Sequence record: AF039877.1
DNA length: 1,126 bases
Strand: one strand, 5' to 3'
Origin: a phage
In this document: positions 1 through 1,126 of the stretch, piece after piece
How the letters are laid out: each line of letters begins with the position of its first letter
How positions within the stretch are numbered: position 1 is the stretch's first letter
Made by a program: the position numbers and the translations under genes
Notes under the pieces: generated by a model
The model's database searches: none
What the model saw: only the letters and a program-made list of their open reading frames with translations
What the model was told of the DNA's origin: nothing

Positions 1-25
1 CTAACCTGTGNACACACTAGATATT

Positions 26-499
26 ATGGCATGTAAAGATTTTGAATGTAGGCTCAACAACNCTCGTAAGATTTTTGGCAAGGCTCGTATTCCCGCTGAT
101 AATCTAATTAATACACTAATCGATGCTGGTTATAAGCTTGTGAAGACTGAGGTTAACCGTCCTAGTACTCCTGTGACTANNCGAGATCCGTGGCAATCGG
201 GGCCAATTACANTGTGGAACAGTCCTAAAATAACGTCGGATTTGCACAATGTTCCATGCGGTGGCGTTATAGAAAATAANNCCTCATATCGAGTTGGTGA
301 AGATTATGGACCTTCTGCACAATTGANACATACTCAAGAAGCTTTTGAATCTGACATGAAAAGCGTAGCACCTGTGGATACTGAAGGTTTTAAAAGTCCC
401 ATCTATGTTACTCACTTTAATAATCTTAGGCCTGGGAGTATAAATGATACTATCCTTGAAGCACTAGGAGCTGTTATTAATGAGAATAANAAGGATTAA
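26..499 (+). CDS. hypothetical protein (157 aa from ATG-26; 163 aa if GTG-8 is the start)
   Basis: Frame 2 is open from 5 to the TAA at 497-499, preceded by an in-frame TAA at 2-4, so the gene starts inside the window. About 164 stop-free codons is unlikely by chance in AT-rich DNA. None of the 9 N-containing codons in this frame (nac, nct, ann, ntg, aan, ncc, ana, aan) can be a stop. No Shine-Dalgarno motif precedes either GTG-8 or ATG-26, so the start is uncertain. The product has diverse composition and 3 Cys (CKDFEC, VPCGG), with no motif I recognise. Confidence 0.5.
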   Translation: MACKDFECRLNNXRKIFGKARIPADNLINTLIDAGYKLVKTEVNRPSTPVTXRDPWQSGPITXWNSPKITSDLHNVPCGGVIENXXSYRVGEDYGPSAQLXHTQEAFESDMKSVAPVDTEGFKSPIYVTHFNNLRPGSINDTILEALGAVINENXKD

Positions 500-716
500 T
501 AATTCCTAATACATGAGCNNCNACGGAGGCTCTAAAATAAAAGGAAGGTCATCCAGACNTTANAAAATGAGAGATAANTAATGTANNAACCTTTAAAGAT
601 ANACNTAAGACAAANTGCNTGGTAAAANAAAACCTAAAGAGAACATTAATGTTCGTAATGCCAANGTATTACCATTTCCAGAANTGTTTCAGGAAGAAAA
701 AGATAAGTTAGCATTT
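500..716. other. non-coding spacer, stop-dense in all three + frames, low sequence quality
   Basis: Stops at 500-502, 507-509, 514-516, 533-535, 538-540, 568-570, 575-577, 579-581, 606-608, 623-625, 635-637, 647-649 and 709-711 close every + frame between 500 and 608. Thirteen of the 30 Ns lie in 519-628. Two purine tracts, GGAGG (525-529) and AAGGAAGG (541-548), have no start codon at SD spacing. The 3' boundary may be 608 rather than 716 if the downstream ORF starts earlier. Confidence 0.4.
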
Positions 717-941
717 ATGGTTGATGCCCTTCTAGGGCTAAATGGAGGTTTATATTCCTCACTCAATATTAATGAGAAACGTTTAGTAGAGATGTTTTGT
801 AAGCGTTATCAAGTTANTTCAAAGGGCAATTCTTATAAAGAAGGTGAGAAAGCATTCACAGTCTTAAAGATTAGCGCCATATGCACATCGTTTCTTAGTT
901 TATGGGTTACAGATGGAATACTTCACCATCCCATCATTTAG
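717..941 (+). CDS. hypothetical small protein, 74 aa (frame open from 609, so the true start may be upstream)
   Basis: Frame-0 ORF from ATG 717 to TAG 939-941. The same frame is stop-free back to 609 and contains two NTG codons (615-617, 684-686) that could be starts if N is A, G or T. The only N codon inside 717-941 (ant, 816-818) cannot be a stop. AGGAAG at 691-696 is about 20 nt upstream of ATG-717, too far for a classic SD. The C-terminal ~20 residues are moderately hydrophobic (ISAICTSFLSLWVTDGIL). No motif recognised. Confidence 0.35.
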   Translation: MVDALLGLNGGLYSSLNINEKRLVEMFCKRYQVXSKGNSYKEGEKAFTVLKISAICTSFLSLWVTDGILHHPII

Positions 942-967
942 CTAACCTCTGCGATAGAGTCTTCTAA

Positions 968-1126
968 AGCATCCGCNNTGCAGNTAAGCAGTCTGAAATT
1001 AATGCTAAGCAATCAGAGTTAAATGCCAAAGATTCTGAGAATGAGGCAGAAATTTCCGCAACATCTTCTCAGCAATCTGCAANTCAGTCTGCCTCCTCTG
1101 CTACTGCTTCTGCTANTGGTGCTAAA
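968..1126 (+). CDS. partial CDS (3' end runs off the window; no canonical start found): phage tail-fibre-like protein segment with xAxxSxx heptad repeats
   Basis: Frame 2 is open from the codon after TAA 965-967 to the window end (53 codons): SIRXAXKQSEINAKQSELNAKDSENEAEISATSSQQSAXQSASSATASAXGAK. Heptads run NAKQSEL / NAKDSEN / EAEISAT / SSQQSAX / QSASSAT with A/S at position 2 and S at position 5. No in-frame ATG, GTG or TTG lies between 968 and the repeats. N codons in this frame (nnt, gnt, ant, ant) cannot be stops. The tail-fibre label rests on recalled similarity to the lambda Stf and T7 gp17 shaft repeats, not on a search. Confidence 0.45.
980..1042 (+). repeat. three imperfect tandem 21-nt units, each encoding one heptad (AXKQSEI, NAKQSEL, NAKDSEN)
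   Basis: Units at 980-1000, 1001-1021 and 1022-1042. Units 2 and 3 match at 13 of 21 positions by hand alignment, with the GCn-AAr-nnn-TCn-GAr core conserved. Unit 1 matches unit 2 at about 12 of 20 unambiguous positions. Confidence 0.5.

Noticed and set aside
438-445. TATAAATG, a 7/8 match to the T4-type late promoter consensus TATAAATA
   Set aside because: It lies inside ORF1, about 270 nt upstream of the next possible start, and such AT-rich octamers arise by chance in DNA of this composition.
515-532. Inverted repeat GAGC...GCTC downstream of the ORF1 stop, as a possible intrinsic terminator
   Set aside because: The stem is only 4 bp, the loop contains three Ns, and it is followed by an A-rich run, not a T-run.
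651-662. GTTCGTAATGCC, superficially like a tRNA T-arm (GGTTCGAATCC)
   Set aside because: It is not an exact T-loop match and no acceptor or anticodon stems can be built around it.
871-938. Hydrophobic C-terminus of ORF2 as a holin-like transmembrane segment
   Set aside because: It is a single, only moderately hydrophobic stretch interrupted by Asp, Thr and Ser, with no charged C-terminal tail. Insufficient for a holin or membrane-protein call.
942-951. Near-repeat of the first 10 bases of the window (ctaacctgtg at 1-10 versus ctaacctctg at 942-951), both just after a stop codon
   Set aside because: Similarity does not extend beyond 10 bp, and a 7-mer exact match is expected many times by chance in about 1.1 kb. 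Not enough to call a conserved intergenic motif or att-like site.
896-967. Programmed -1 frameshift fusing ORF2 to the fibre-like frame
   Set aside because: Frame 2 has stops at 896-898 and 965-967, so a -1 shift from ORF2 would terminate before the repeats. A read indel near 977-985 explains the data more simply.
1-1126. CRISPR array, mobile element or minus-strand genes
   Set aside because: There are no repeat-spacer periodicity and no terminal inverted repeats, and the six-frame track reports no minus-strand ORF.

Overview
This 1126-bp window is AT-rich, carries 30 ambiguous bases (N), and looks like a low-quality read from a unidirectional gene block; I see no novel multi-gene system in it. 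All plausible coding is on the + strand, and the ORF track shows no long minus-strand ORF. Reading left to right: (1) a 157-163 aa ORF ending at 499 with no motif I recognise; (2) a ~217-bp spacer (500-716) with stops in all three + frames and a dense cluster of Ns; (3) a 74-aa ORF (717-941), whose frame is open back to 609; (4) from about 960 to the window edge, an open frame with no canonical start codon encoding an Ala/Ser/Gln/Glu/Asn-rich heptad repeat (xAxxSxx). That repeat is, from memory, the pattern found in the shaft region of phage tail fibres such as lambda Stf and T7 gp17. The most useful observation is that this fibre-like frame appears to switch from frame 0 to frame 2 exactly at a patch of three Ns (977-984), which points to a base-calling indel, so its true start is unresolved. 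The best reading is a fragment of a tailed-phage or prophage structural module. I cannot run a database search, so every functional label is provisional.
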